Source: a bacterium (GTDB lineage: Bacteria; JAGOBX01; DAONJL01). From it: 64,000 bases of DNA. Within the stretch, counting starts at the first letter, position 1; the number at the start of each line of letters is the position of its first letter. Positions 30,682 through 40,804 of the stretch are shown one piece after another. The stretch lies in assembly GCA_035405645.1 (NCBI GenBank), contig DAONJL010000011.1, positions 37-64,036 of the forward strand. Reading direction: 5' to 3'. The notes below the pieces were generated by a model. That model saw only the letters and a list, made by a program, of their open reading frames with translations. It ran no database searches and had not been told where the DNA came from. Position numbers and translations under genes: made by a program.

Positions 30682-31619
30682 ATTCAAAATATAAAAAATT
30701 TGATTTAACAAAAGTTAAAATATTGAGTATTAAAGATAGGAAAAATCTTGTATCCTATAAAGATTTTTTAAAAATAAAAAATTTAAAAGAAATAAGATTA
30801 AAAAACTTTGTTAATATATTACCTGATATATTAATGGCAAAAGAATTAAAAGAATTATTATTGTTAATGAAAAATGCTTATAAAAAAAATAAACCAATAA
30901 TAATAGCAACAGGAGCACATTCAATAAAATGTGGATTGAGCCCATTATTTATAGAACTAATAAGACGAAAAATGATTTCATTAATTGCATTAAATGGTGC
31001 TGGTGTTATTCACGATGTAGAAATTGCACTCATTGGTGAAACATCTGAAAAAGTTGATATATCAATAAGAGATGGTTCATTTGGTATGGCAAAAGAAACA
31101 GCAGAATTTATAAATAGTGCACTTGAATTTGGTGTTAATAATAATATGGGCTATGGTGAAGCAGTTGGTTATTTTATTGATAAAAAAAATTTAAAATATA
31201 GAAAATATTCATTACTATATAATGCATATAAAAACAATGTACCTGTTACAGTTCATATAGGAATTGGAACTGACATAATTCATCAACAACCATCGACAAA
31301 AGGTGAAATAATTGGAAAAGCATCATATACAGATTTTTTAATATATATTGAAAAATTAAAAGAGATAAGCGATGGTGGAATTTATTTGAATATTGGTTCA
31401 AATGTAATTTTACCTGAAGTATTTTTAAAAGCAGTAACAGTGATAAGAAATACAAATCCAGATTTTAAAAATTTTTATACTGCAAATTTTGATATGATTA
31501 AACATTATCGACCAACAACAAATGTAGTTCACAGACCAGTATTAAATGGGGGCAAAGGTTTTAATTTTATTGGGCATAATGAGATAATGATACCATTATT
31601 ATTTTTTTCATTATTTTGA
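30663..31619 (+). CDS. Hypothetical protein, weakly deoxyhypusine synthase (DHS)-like
   Basis: The segment IIATGAHSIKCGLSPLFIELIRRKMISLIALNGAGVIHDVEIAL aligns by eye with the eukaryotic DHS core (..[38 protein letters not shown]). Low certainty. Confidence 0.3.
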   Translation: MDKKSMNSKYKKFDLTKVKILSIKDRKNLVSYKDFLKIKNLKEIRLKNFVNILPDILMAKELKELLLLMKNAYKKNKPIIIATGAHSIKCGLSPLFIELIRRKMISLIALNGAGVIHDVEIALIGETSEKVDISIRDGSFGMAKETAEFINSALEFGVNNNMGYGEAVGYFIDKKNLKYRKYSLLYNAYKNNVPVTVHIGIGTDIIHQQPSTKGEIIGKASYTDFLIYIEKLKEISDGGIYLNIGSNVILPEVFLKAVTVIRNTNPDFKNFYTANFDMIKHYRPTTNVVHRPVLNGGKGFNFIGHNEIMIPLLFFSLF

Positions 31620-31634
31620 AATTATTTATTTTTC

Positions 31635-31664
31635 TTGACATTTAGTTCAAAAAATAAATATATT
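31635..31664 (+). promoter_or_regulatory. Sigma70-like promoter: TTGACA (31635-40), 18-nt spacer, TATATT (31659-64)
   Basis: Consensus -35 with an acceptable -10. It would produce a leader of about 270 nt before the ATG at 31941. Confidence 0.35.
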
Positions 31665-31940
31665 AAATTAAATATGGAAGAGGCATTTTAAAAAAGTGAC
31701 TATGATTCAGCCTGGAAAGAAATAATTGAAAAATTATTAGTATCGTTTTTATATTTTTTATCCATCATTAACAAAAATTATTAATTTTAATGGAGGCTAA
31801 AATTTTTAGATAAAGAATTAAAGAAGATATTATCTGCAAATAAAAGAAGGGAAAAAGCATTTGATAAATTAATAAAGTTAAGATTAAAAAAGGCAAAGAG
31901 AAGTGGTTACCTATAAAAAAAATAAAAAGAGGAAAATATT

Positions 31941-32540
31941 ATGAATTTATTAACTAAATTATTACCATTATATGAAAAATTTGGTAAAACATTTAAAAAA
32001 GGTAGTGTAATTTTTTTAGAAGGTGATATTGGGGAGGAAATGTATATAATTGTGGAAGGTGAAATAGAAATTAGCAAAACATATAAATTAGTTGATATAA
32101 ATAATGAAGCAGAATTGTATTTAGGAAGTGATTGTCAAGTTTTATCAATATTAAAAGCAGGTGATTTTTTTGGAGAAATGGCATTATTAAATCAACGTGA
32201 GCGTTCAGCAACAGCAATTGCTTTAACTGATGTAAAATTAATTGCAATTGATAAAAAGAATTTTGAAGTTTTATTAGGGAAAACCAATCCAATAATTTTA
32301 CAAATATTAAAATCATTAAGTAATAGATTAAGAGAAGCTGATAAATATCCAAGATTAATTCCCCAAGAACAAAAATTAAAATCAATCAGAACAAAAAAAG
32401 AAATTGAAACAGAACCAAAAAAAGATATAAAAGAGAAGCAAAAGATAATTAAAAAAGAAGAAAATAAAAAATGCGAAAAATGTAGTTATGAAAATCCATT
32501 TAATGCTAAGTTTTGTATGAATTGCGGGGCAACATTATAA
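31941..32540 (+). CDS. Cyclic-nucleotide-binding domain protein with a C-terminal zinc ribbon
   Basis: cNMP-binding signature GDFFGEMALLNQRERSATAIA, followed by a K/E-rich linker and CEKCSYENPFNAKFCMNCG. Confidence 0.6.
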   Translation: MNLLTKLLPLYEKFGKTFKKGSVIFLEGDIGEEMYIIVEGEIEISKTYKLVDINNEAELYLGSDCQVLSILKAGDFFGEMALLNQRERSATAIALTDVKLIAIDKKNFEVLLGKTNPIILQILKSLSNRLREADKYPRLIPQEQKLKSIRTKKEIETEPKKDIKEKQKIIKKEENKKCEKCSYENPFNAKFCMNCGATL

Positions 32541-32542
32541 AT

Positions 32543-33331
32543 CTATTTTGGAACTTGTAATTTGAAAATTTTTGGTAAATTTGATAAAATCATTTTTTTA
32601 TAATTATTTAAAAATGAATTTAAATCAAGTCTAATGTTTCCATAGCCCAATCTTATATATTGCTTTTCAAAAACATCAAAAATATCAACTAATATTTTAT
32701 ATTTTAAATTTTGAATGTAAGATAATAATCGCTTATCAATGCCTAAATTTAATTTTTGTGAAAAATCATAAATATTATTTGTAGTAAGATAAAGAGCAAT
32801 GGTAATGTGCCCTTTATTAAAACCTTCTTTATATTTTTGTAATAAACTTTTTCGTATATTATTTTCAGTTTTAATTATAGTTAATATATTGTTAACTAAC
32901 TGTGGTGTGTAAATAGAATTTATAAGTTCATTTATAAATTTTTCTTTAGTATCAACTCCATCTCTAAAAAATTTTAATTCATAAAAATTTATTATTTTAT
33001 TTATATTTGCTTTTAACCAACGTTTTACTTGATGCTCCTTATTTTTTTTACTTTCTTCAAGTTTATAATGCCAATATTTTTCTTTTAATATTTCAATAAA
33101 TTTTTCAATAATTTTTGAATTTGGCAAATTGGCTTTTTTTGCTTCATCATAAAAATAAATAAAATTTTTATTAATAAAATTTATTAAGAATTTATTATTT
33201 TGAAATCTTTTTATTAGGTTTTCTAAAATAGTTTCATATTCGCTTTTTTGTGTTGAAGCAGAAGTTTCTTTTATTATTTTTTGTAATTCAATTATGTTAA
33301 AATCATCATTCTCAATTTTATTATTCATCAT
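32543..33331 (-). CDS. Hypothetical protein (co-oriented partner of the giant OMP)
   Basis: 262-aa ORF with no TM segments or recognised motifs, 18 nt downstream of the 1920-aa gene. Confidence 0.4.
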   Translation of the reverse strand: MMNNKIENDDFNIIELQKIIKETSASTQKSEYETILENLIKRFQNNKFLINFINKNFIYFYDEAKKANLPNSKIIEKFIEILKEKYWHYKLEESKKNKEHQVKRWLKANINKIINFYELKFFRDGVDTKEKFINELINSIYTPQLVNNILTIIKTENNIRKSLLQKYKEGFNKGHITIALYLTTNNIYDFSQKLNLGIDKRLLSYIQNLKYKILVDIFDVFEKQYIRLGYGNIRLDLNSFLNNYKKMILSNLPKIFKLQVPK

Positions 33332-33349
33332 ATTAATTCAAATAAATAG

Positions 33350-36300
33350 TTAAAATTTTAATTCACCATAAACTGAAAAACCATAACTAAAATAATCCAT
33401 TCCATCTCGAACTTTATCAGTAAATAATTTAAAGTTTAGACTACCTGACATCCTTAAATTTTGATGTGCATCCCAAGTTAAGCCTGTTGTAAAATCATAT
33501 TCAGTTGTATTAGCCTTTTGCGATTCTATTCCTGTTCTCTTATTTAAATTTGCACTTATTGTCCCATTTAATTCTAATCTATTTTTAAATCTTAATAAAT
33601 TTGATTGTAAAGGATTTTCTATATCAAATGGTTTATTTAATAAATAACTCCATCTAAAGGAAGGATTTAATTGAGTTGTAGTTAAAGTTGAAACAATATT
33701 ATTTGAAGTATTTTCAGTTTTTGAAATAGAATAAGGTAAATCAAATCCAGTTTTAAAAAAATCACTCCAGTTTATTTGACCACCTATTTTTGGTTTGAAA
33801 TTTGTTGTCCTGCTATTAGGTTGAGTTGTTACACTATATAAATAATCATTTGTTAAAGTTGCACTTTGTGTTTTAACAAGCAAATTTATTTCTTTCAAAT
33901 TTAATGCGCCATTTAAATTTGCTGATAGGTTTTTATTAAATGTTTCTGAATTTTGTGATTGAATTGTGTTATCTGATAAAGAAAAATTATATCTTAAATT
34001 TAATGGTTTCCATATTATTAATCGTCCTGAAATATTATGATTAACAGTATTTGAAGCATTTGTTCTTTGTAATGAAATTGTATCACCGCCAATTGGTGCT
34101 TTCTTTTTTGACAATGAAATAAAATTATCTTCAAAGTAATTCGAAATAATATCACTGAAACTAATAGATGGATCAAGGTCAGTATATTTCGCTGATATAT
34201 CTTTTTTAAATGAATAATTTAATTCAAGAAAATTAAAGCCTTTCCAGATTTTATTAAAATAAGTTGGAACTGATAAAGCAAAAGAACCAGAGACATTTGC
34301 ATCTTTTTTCTTTGGATATTGTCGTGCTTTTAAATTTTCTGAATAATTTGCATTTGTATTTATATTTATATTAAAAAAATTTATATATTTCCACCATTTC
34401 TCTGGTGCCATATTTATTGTTATACCAGCATTGCCAGATATATTTTTTATTGGTTCTGAATCAATATTTGCAATATCATAATTTAAATTACGTGTGTATG
34501 AAAATTTTAAATTTGGTTTTATTCCAATAAATTCTATTATATCTATTCCTATATCAGTATTTAAGTTTTTATCTTCTAATCCAGAATATTTTCTTGTTTT
34601 ATGATATTTATCATAATATTTTATTGTTGGTGTAAGTGTAATCCATTTCCAGGGTTGATGTGTTATTGAAACTTTTTTATCATAAATATTATATTTATCA
34701 TAAGTGCTTTGATAATTACCTGTTATATAATTTTTTTCATCAAGATTATTTTGATATTCATATGCTAAACCAATACTAAATTTTTGACCTAATGAGATAT
34801 ATTTTAAAACAGGAATTTTTTTAAATGGTTTTTGTGATATTGAATAAGAATAATCAACTCTTGACAAAAAATTTTTCGTTGTTAATTCTGAAATTGTTGC
34901 TTTGTAATAAGTATTATTGAAATTTTCGTTATAAGATATGTTTAATGTTGGAAATAGATTTCTTCTTATTGCTAATGTATAAGCATTTGATTTTGATTCT
35001 GTATAGCCTAATTTATTTCGTTCAACATTTTCTACTTCATCTGGTTCAATCTGTGTTTTTGAATTTGTTGTTTTAAATGTTAAAGGAATTGACAATTGCC
35101 ATTTCGCTGGTGTTAATTTATGCAAATTTAATGTAGATGAGAAATCTTTTGTTGTATTTATTTCTGGGACATAAGATTGTGCTGTTGTTGATGTTATTTC
35201 GCCTATCTTTTGAAATTTATTATCACGTTGATAATAACTTCCATTTGCTGTGATAAAATCCTGATAAATATTACTATTAAAAGCAATTTTTTTACCTATA
35301 CCTGTTCGTTGGATTACATCTGCGGTATGTAAAAAATTTATTTGAACCTTACCTGCTATCAGAGTGCTTGTATCTGGGATAATTCCAAAAGATAGTTTAT
35401 TTATTGATTTAATATTTGGTTGTCCATAAATATAATAATTTTCATCAAATCCAACTTTATATGGTGGTGTATCATTTACTAATAATTCTTGATATTTGTT
35501 TTTTATTTTTTTTAAACTAATAGTAACTTTAGTCCAACTATTTGCCGGTGGTGGTAGTTTGACACTATATTGAAAATAATTATTTGCATCACCAAATCTA
35601 AATGCTAATGTTTCACCATTATAATTTTCTGATGTATTCCTTATATAAAAAATTAGACTATTATAATCTGAAATATTTATTGTCCTTGTCATATCATAAT
35701 ATGTCCATTTAGTATCTATCAAATTATCATACACTATTTCTATTGCCTGTTCTTTTATATAATCATCATCTTCTATATCACGCGTTCCTATTTCTTCATT
35801 TAAAACAATATATTCATAAGGATTATCTTTATTATTAACAGAGCGAACATAAAAAGAAGTGTCATCTGGATTAGAAACTTCCCATTTATTTCCTACAATT
35901 GCAATATAATCAGTATAAATTGAACCACTGATTTTTTCATTTATTACATTATCTTTTTTTCTAAATATTACTCTGATATGTTTTATATTTGTTGAATCAG
36001 CATCCTGATTTTTAAATGCACTTTTTGCTAAATCAAATAAATTAAAATTATAAAAAATCCAGCCATTACTGCCTATTGATGTATCAGCATTTAATTCTAT
36101 ATTTTGATAAATATATTTTCTTTCATCTTTTTTAAAACTTTTTGCATCAAGTTGACCATCACCATCCATATCTTCTGACTCTAAAATATTATTATCATTT
36201 CCATATATAGTTCCATTTATATTTATTCCTTCATCTTCATTTGGTGATTTATCCAGAAAACCATTTGGTAAATGATTATTTATACCATTCACATAAAGAC

Positions 36301-39112
36301 CATCTTCCTGGTCTAATAAACCATCACCATCACAATCTTCTGTTATTATACCTAATTCAATATCTATACTTAATTTATCTGCAGGAAAATCTTTTAACCA
36401 TAATTCCATTCTTGTTTTTTTACTTAAATTTACACCAGAGCGAGATAATGGATATCTAAAAGCAAGCCAGGTATCATCATTATCAAAATAATAATTTATC
36501 TTTAATGATTTTTGTTCTTCATCATTTTCAGGGTTTTCTTCGTGCCCTATATTATCCTGTTCTTCAAATGTTATCACTCCGCGATTATCATTGCTTTCTT
36601 CTGGTATATATGATGGTAAATATGAAAATTTATTTATTGGTAAAGTAAGCGAATCTTTTATACTTTCCATATTATCAATTAATGCTTTACCGTAAGTATT
36701 TGGATTAAATACACTTCTTGCTACTTCAGCAGTTACATTTATTTCAATCCACTTTTTTGGTATTTCTGGTTTAAATTTATTGAAACTAAAAAAATTTATT
36801 AAGTCGGATGTAAATGGTAATAAATTTAATCGTGTATTTATATCATTTATTGTTAAACTTAATGGTGTATTGGATAAATCAGGCATTTCCTGTGCTTTGT
36901 CGTTTTTATTCATTAAAAATGATGTTCCTATAAAAAAGTTTTTATTTATATTTGTTTCTAACCTTGTTCCTAATAATGTTTTTTCTGCTCCTATGCCAAC
37001 TGGAATTTTTTCATAGTCAATTACAATTTTACTATATGGTGTAATCATACTTGAATTTAGAAAAATTAAAAATCCTGTTTGATAATCAATATAATAATCT
37101 ACATTTCGTGTTAATATTTTTCCATCAACTTTTACTACTTCACTATTTTTTACTATATTAAATGCATTTAAAAAATATTGCTGAACTTCTGATTGGTATT
37201 CAACATAAATATTATATCGTGAAGTTTGTGTTCTTGTATAAACTGTCTGATTTTTTATTGGTATTTCTGCTGTATCTTTATCAACAGGAACACGAACTTT
37301 ACTAAATAAATTTGTATATGCTGGATTATTAAAAGGCATTGTTTCTGGAAATATTATTATTCCTAAATCGTTATCTATATATTCGGGGTCAATTCTTCCA
37401 TCAGGCACATCATCACCTGTTCCATATACTCCATCTGGTCCTGGACCTTTTTCATCTAATCCAAAAATATGTAATAGCGAATATTTATCTGTTGAACCAA
37501 AAGGTGTTATACTTGTTTGCCTGTTATTATTCATATCCTGTATTTCAACTATAAAGTTTGGGTCATCAACAAGTATATTTGTTGCGCCTAAATAATATCT
37601 ATTTTTTAATTCATATTTAAAATATGCTGTATCATAATCATAATCATATTTTAATCTTATTAATTTATTTACTGCTTTATAGCCTTGTGTTGTTTCATAG
37701 TTTACTACTATCACATCATTATCAAGTATGGTTCTTTTAAAACGAACAATTCCTTTTTGATAATCAATTGAATAATCATCACCAGGTTGTAATAAATCAA
37801 ATTTGCCTGCATAAGTTTCGCCATTTACTACATTCGTGCAAACTAAATCAATTGCATTTTCATTATTAGCAATATTTCTATCATCGCGATATATTTTTTC
37901 TGAAAATGAAACAATTGTTGGTGTATCCGCACCCTGCAATTCTGTAATTTGATAATATGTCCTTTTAATATAATTTATATCTGAAATCTGATTCACTCGT
38001 GTTGATTTTTTGCCTGTAAATTCTATATGACCAGCTTCACCTTTTGTTCGACTTGCTATAAATTGAAATTTGAAATCATCTAATTTTATACCACTTAAAT
38101 TTATTTTCGAAATTTTCATTCCACCACGCACACCAAATAATTGTTTATTATATGCTAAAAATTCTGTTTGTGGTAATGATAATTCAATATCGCCAAATGC
38201 AGCGTCAAATTTAATTATATTTTCATCTTCACCATTTTCTGATTTACTTAATGCTCGTTCTTTACCATCATAAACGATTGATAATTTTTGTTTATTTTTA
38301 TCATCCTGTGCATCATCATAATCTATATTGACATTTACACTTTCACCTATTTTACCTTCTACTCTAACTTTTAATGTTTGCTCAATTTTTATATCACTTT
38401 CATCACGACGAACATCATTTGCTTTTACATTTCTATATTTCTTAAATGTTCCTGTTATTCTTACTGTTTTTAATCCACTTATTGTTAAATGTGTATTAAA
38501 TGGTAAATCTTTATCGAATAATTTTCCACCTTCTTTTACTTCTAATTCTCGTTCTTTTTCTAATGGTTTATATAAATATTTTTCTTCTTCCCATATTTTT
38601 CCTGATTTTTTTATCAAATCTTTTTTTATATATCCTAAATTTATATTATCTATATAATTTTCAATTTCTTTTTGTAAATTTTCTTCTTTTTCTTTTTTTG
38701 CTTTTTTTTCGTTTAACTTGTTTTCTTCGTCGTTTATTTTGTTTTTTATTTCTTCTATTTCTTTTTGCATATTGTTTTCGTCTTCAAAATATGTTAATAC
38801 TGAAATTGTATCACTTATAGCATTTGATTTTGATTTATCAATTTGAAGGGTTTCTCCTATATTTTCACTTACTATTTTGGCATTTGATAAATAATCTTGA
38901 TTTGCACTAAGATAATAACCAATCAAATATAATTTAAAGTAATTTATCCATATACTTGATTGAGTTATTTCTTCATTATCTTCTTGATATTTTGACTGTA
39001 ATTTTTTATTTTTATCAATCAATGAATTTATTTCTGTTAAGTCAAGTGCATATATTTTTATTAAATATAAAAAAGATAAAAAAAATATGATGAAGAAATA
39101 TTTTTTATTCAT
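33350..39112 (-). CDS. Giant (1920 aa) outer-membrane beta-barrel protein, a candidate SprA/Sov-like translocon
   Basis: Signal peptide, N-proximal coiled coil, Asp-rich calcium-binding repeats of thrombospondin type 3 style (DCDGDGLLDQEDG; DMDGDGQLD), then a long beta-rich region. The C-terminus ends ..FSYGFSVYGELKF, an OMP signature with a terminal Phe. Confidence 0.4.
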   Translation of the reverse strand: MNKKYFFIIFFLSFLYLIKIYALDLTEINSLIDKNKKLQSKYQEDNEEITQSSIWINYFKLYLIGYYLSANQDYLSNAKIVSENIGETLQIDKSKSNAISDTISVLTYFEDENNMQKEIEEIKNKINDEENKLNEKKAKKEKEENLQKEIENYIDNINLGYIKKDLIKKSGKIWEEEKYLYKPLEKERELEVKEGGKLFDKDLPFNTHLTISGLKTVRITGTFKKYRNVKANDVRRDESDIKIEQTLKVRVEGKIGESVNVNIDYDDAQDDKNKQKLSIVYDGKERALSKSENGEDENIIKFDAAFGDIELSLPQTEFLAYNKQLFGVRGGMKISKINLSGIKLDDFKFQFIASRTKGEAGHIEFTGKKSTRVNQISDINYIKRTYYQITELQGADTPTIVSFSEKIYRDDRNIANNENAIDLVCTNVVNGETYAGKFDLLQPGDDYSIDYQKGIVRFKRTILDNDVIVVNYETTQGYKAVNKLIRLKYDYDYDTAYFKYELKNRYYLGATNILVDDPNFIVEIQDMNNNRQTSITPFGSTDKYSLLHIFGLDEKGPGPDGVYGTGDDVPDGRIDPEYIDNDLGIIIFPETMPFNNPAYTNLFSKVRVPVDKDTAEIPIKNQTVYTRTQTSRYNIYVEYQSEVQQYFLNAFNIVKNSEVVKVDGKILTRNVDYYIDYQTGFLIFLNSSMITPYSKIVIDYEKIPVGIGAEKTLLGTRLETNINKNFFIGTSFLMNKNDKAQEMPDLSNTPLSLTINDINTRLNLLPFTSDLINFFSFNKFKPEIPKKWIEINVTAEVARSVFNPNTYGKALIDNMESIKDSLTLPINKFSYLPSYIPEESNDNRGVITFEEQDNIGHEENPENDEEQKSLKINYYFDNDDTWLAFRYPLSRSGVNLSKKTRMELWLKDFPADKLSIDIELGIITEDCDGDGLLDQEDGLYVNGINNHLPNGFLDKSPNEDEGININGTIYGNDNNILESEDMDGDGQLDAKSFKKDERKYIYQNIELNADTSIGSNGWIFYNFNLFDLAKSAFKNQDADSTNIKHIRVIFRKKDNVINEKISGSIYTDYIAIVGNKWEVSNPDDTSFYVRSVNNKDNPYEYIVLNEEIGTRDIEDDDYIKEQAIEIVYDNLIDTKWTYYDMTRTINISDYNSLIFYIRNTSENYNGETLAFRFGDANNYFQYSVKLPPPANSWTKVTISLKKIKNKYQELLVNDTPPYKVGFDENYYIYGQPNIKSINKLSFGIIPDTSTLIAGKVQINFLHTADVIQRTGIGKKIAFNSNIYQDFITANGSYYQRDNKFQKIGEITSTTAQSYVPEINTTKDFSSTLNLHKLTPAKWQLSIPLTFKTTNSKTQIEPDEVENVERNKLGYTESKSNAYTLAIRRNLFPTLNISYNENFNNTYYKATISELTTKNFLSRVDYSYSISQKPFKKIPVLKYISLGQKFSIGLAYEYQNNLDEKNYITGNYQSTYDKYNIYDKKVSITHQPWKWITLTPTIKYYDKYHKTRKYSGLEDKNLNTDIGIDIIEFIGIKPNLKFSYTRNLNYDIANIDSEPIKNISGNAGITINMAPEKWWKYINFFNININTNANYSENLKARQYPKKKDANVSGSFALSVPTYFNKIWKGFNFLELNYSFKKDISAKYTDLDPSISFSDIISNYFEDNFISLSKKKAPIGGDTISLQRTNASNTVNHNISGRLIIWKPLNLRYNFSLSDNTIQSQNSETFNKNLSANLNGALNLKEINLLVKTQSATLTNDYLYSVTTQPNSRTTNFKPKIGGQINWSDFFKTGFDLPYSISKTENTSNNIVSTLTTTQLNPSFRWSYLLNKPFDIENPLQSNLLRFKNRLELNGTISANLNKRTGIESQKANTTEYDFTTGLTWDAHQNLRMSGSLNFKLFTDKVRDGMDYFSYGFSVYGELKF

Positions 39113-39212
39113 AATAAATATTTTTTTTTTTATTTAAAAAATGTTTTTATGTCAATAATAAATTTGTTTTATCTGATAATTAAAAATCCTTATATTTTTA
39201 AGTTTTTAGAAA

Positions 39213-40802
39213 ATGTTTCAAACACTATTTTGTTTTCATCTTTTTTATTATTTGACACAAAATAAATTAAATGATAAATTTTTAAAAATGACTAAAAATA
39301 AGATAATATTTTTAATTTTAGTTTTTTTATATTTAATAATTTTTTTTTATGAAGTAAATAATATTGGCTTAATATGGGATGAATATGATTATATTCAATC
39401 CTCACAAAATCATTTAAAACTATTAAAAAATTTTTTTTCATTAAATAATAATGAAAAGAAAAAATTAATTGAATTTGGCTTTCAACATCCTGCTTTTATT
39501 CGATGGATTCAGGGGCTTTGTTATAAATATCTAAAAATTTTCGATATTCCTTATATTAATTTTAGAGTAGGAAATATATTTTTTTTATTCTTATTTTTTA
39601 TTGGTTCATATATTTTAATTAACCATTTCTTTAATGTTGAAATATATTTAATTTTTTTAATTTTAAATTTACTAAACTTAAAAACAATATTTTATTATTC
39701 AGTTGGGGCAATGGATTTTGCTGTCGTTAGTTTTTACATTTTAACCGCTGCTTTATTCTTACTCGATTTTAATAAAAAAACAAATATCATTTTTTTTATA
39801 ATAAGTGTCTCATTAGGCTTTGCAGCAAAATTAAACTATGTTATTATTTTGTTTCCCTGTCTTTTATACTCTTTTTTTTATGAAAAGAAAAAATTTTTTA
39901 TTTGCATTTTAAGCATTTTCTTTATGTTTTTTTCATTATATTTATTTTATCCTTTTTTATGGAGTGCGCCTATCAGACATTTAAAACAGTATTTATTATT
40001 TCATTTACGGCATTTCCAAAATTATGAATATTATTTTCATAAAATTTATAATCCAGAAACAGATGTAATTCCCTGGCATTATCCAATCATTCATTTCTTA
40101 ACACAAAATTCTGAATTATCAATAATTACAGGATTAATTGGAACTATATTGTTTTTAAAAAATATTAAAAAGAAAGAAAATCAATTTTTATTATTTGTTT
40201 GCTGGCTGCCTTTATTATTATTTTTCAAACCAAATACACCTTGTTATAATGGTATTAGATTATTCTTGCAATCAGCTATTTTAGTCAATATTTTTTCAGC
40301 TTATGCTATTTTTAAAATTTTTCAAAAGAAAAAATTGAAATATTTCTTTTTTGTTGGTTTATTATTTTTATTAAATTTATTTAATTATGTTAAATATTTA
40401 AAATATCCAGGTAGTTATTACAACTCTTTTATTTGTGGTGCTTATGGTGCAGAAAAATTTGGATTGCAAATTGATGTATGGGGTGAAAATCTTACAATAG
40501 AATTATGTAATAAAATAAATCAAATTATACCTGATAATAAGAAAATTGCTATAATAGGAAATCATCCAAACACCGCAAAATATTTACAAGAAATAAATAT
40601 TCTTAAAAAAACTTTTATATTAAATCCAGAGGAAGAATTTATTGTGAATGATATAAATAAATATGATTATTTAATCGTCTTAAATAATAAAAGTTTATGG
40701 AATTCTGAAATTTTTTCAGAAATTAAAAAAAGAGAAAAAATAATTTATTCTAAAAAAGCAAATGGCATTGAATTAGTATATATTTTAAGGATAAATAAAT
40801 AA
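39213..40802 (+). CDS. Polytopic membrane protein, possible GT-C fold glycosyltransferase (ArnT/PMT-like)
   Basis: About 11 predicted TM helices followed by a soluble C-terminal domain of about 130 aa. An alternative start lies at ATG 39288. Confidence 0.3.
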   Translation: MFQTLFCFHLFYYLTQNKLNDKFLKMTKNKIIFLILVFLYLIIFFYEVNNIGLIWDEYDYIQSSQNHLKLLKNFFSLNNNEKKKLIEFGFQHPAFIRWIQGLCYKYLKIFDIPYINFRVGNIFFLFLFFIGSYILINHFFNVEIYLIFLILNLLNLKTIFYYSVGAMDFAVVSFYILTAALFLLDFNKKTNIIFFIISVSLGFAAKLNYVIILFPCLLYSFFYEKKKFFICILSIFFMFFSLYLFYPFLWSAPIRHLKQYLLFHLRHFQNYEYYFHKIYNPETDVIPWHYPIIHFLTQNSELSIITGLIGTILFLKNIKKKENQFLLFVCWLPLLLFFKPNTPCYNGIRLFLQSAILVNIFSAYAIFKIFQKKKLKYFFFVGLLFLLNLFNYVKYLKYPGSYYNSFICGAYGAEKFGLQIDVWGENLTIELCNKINQIIPDNKKIAIIGNHPNTAKYLQEINILKKTFILNPEEEFIVNDINKYDYLIVLNNKSLWNSEIFSEIKKREKIIYSKKANGIELVYILRINK

Positions 40803-40804
40803 AA

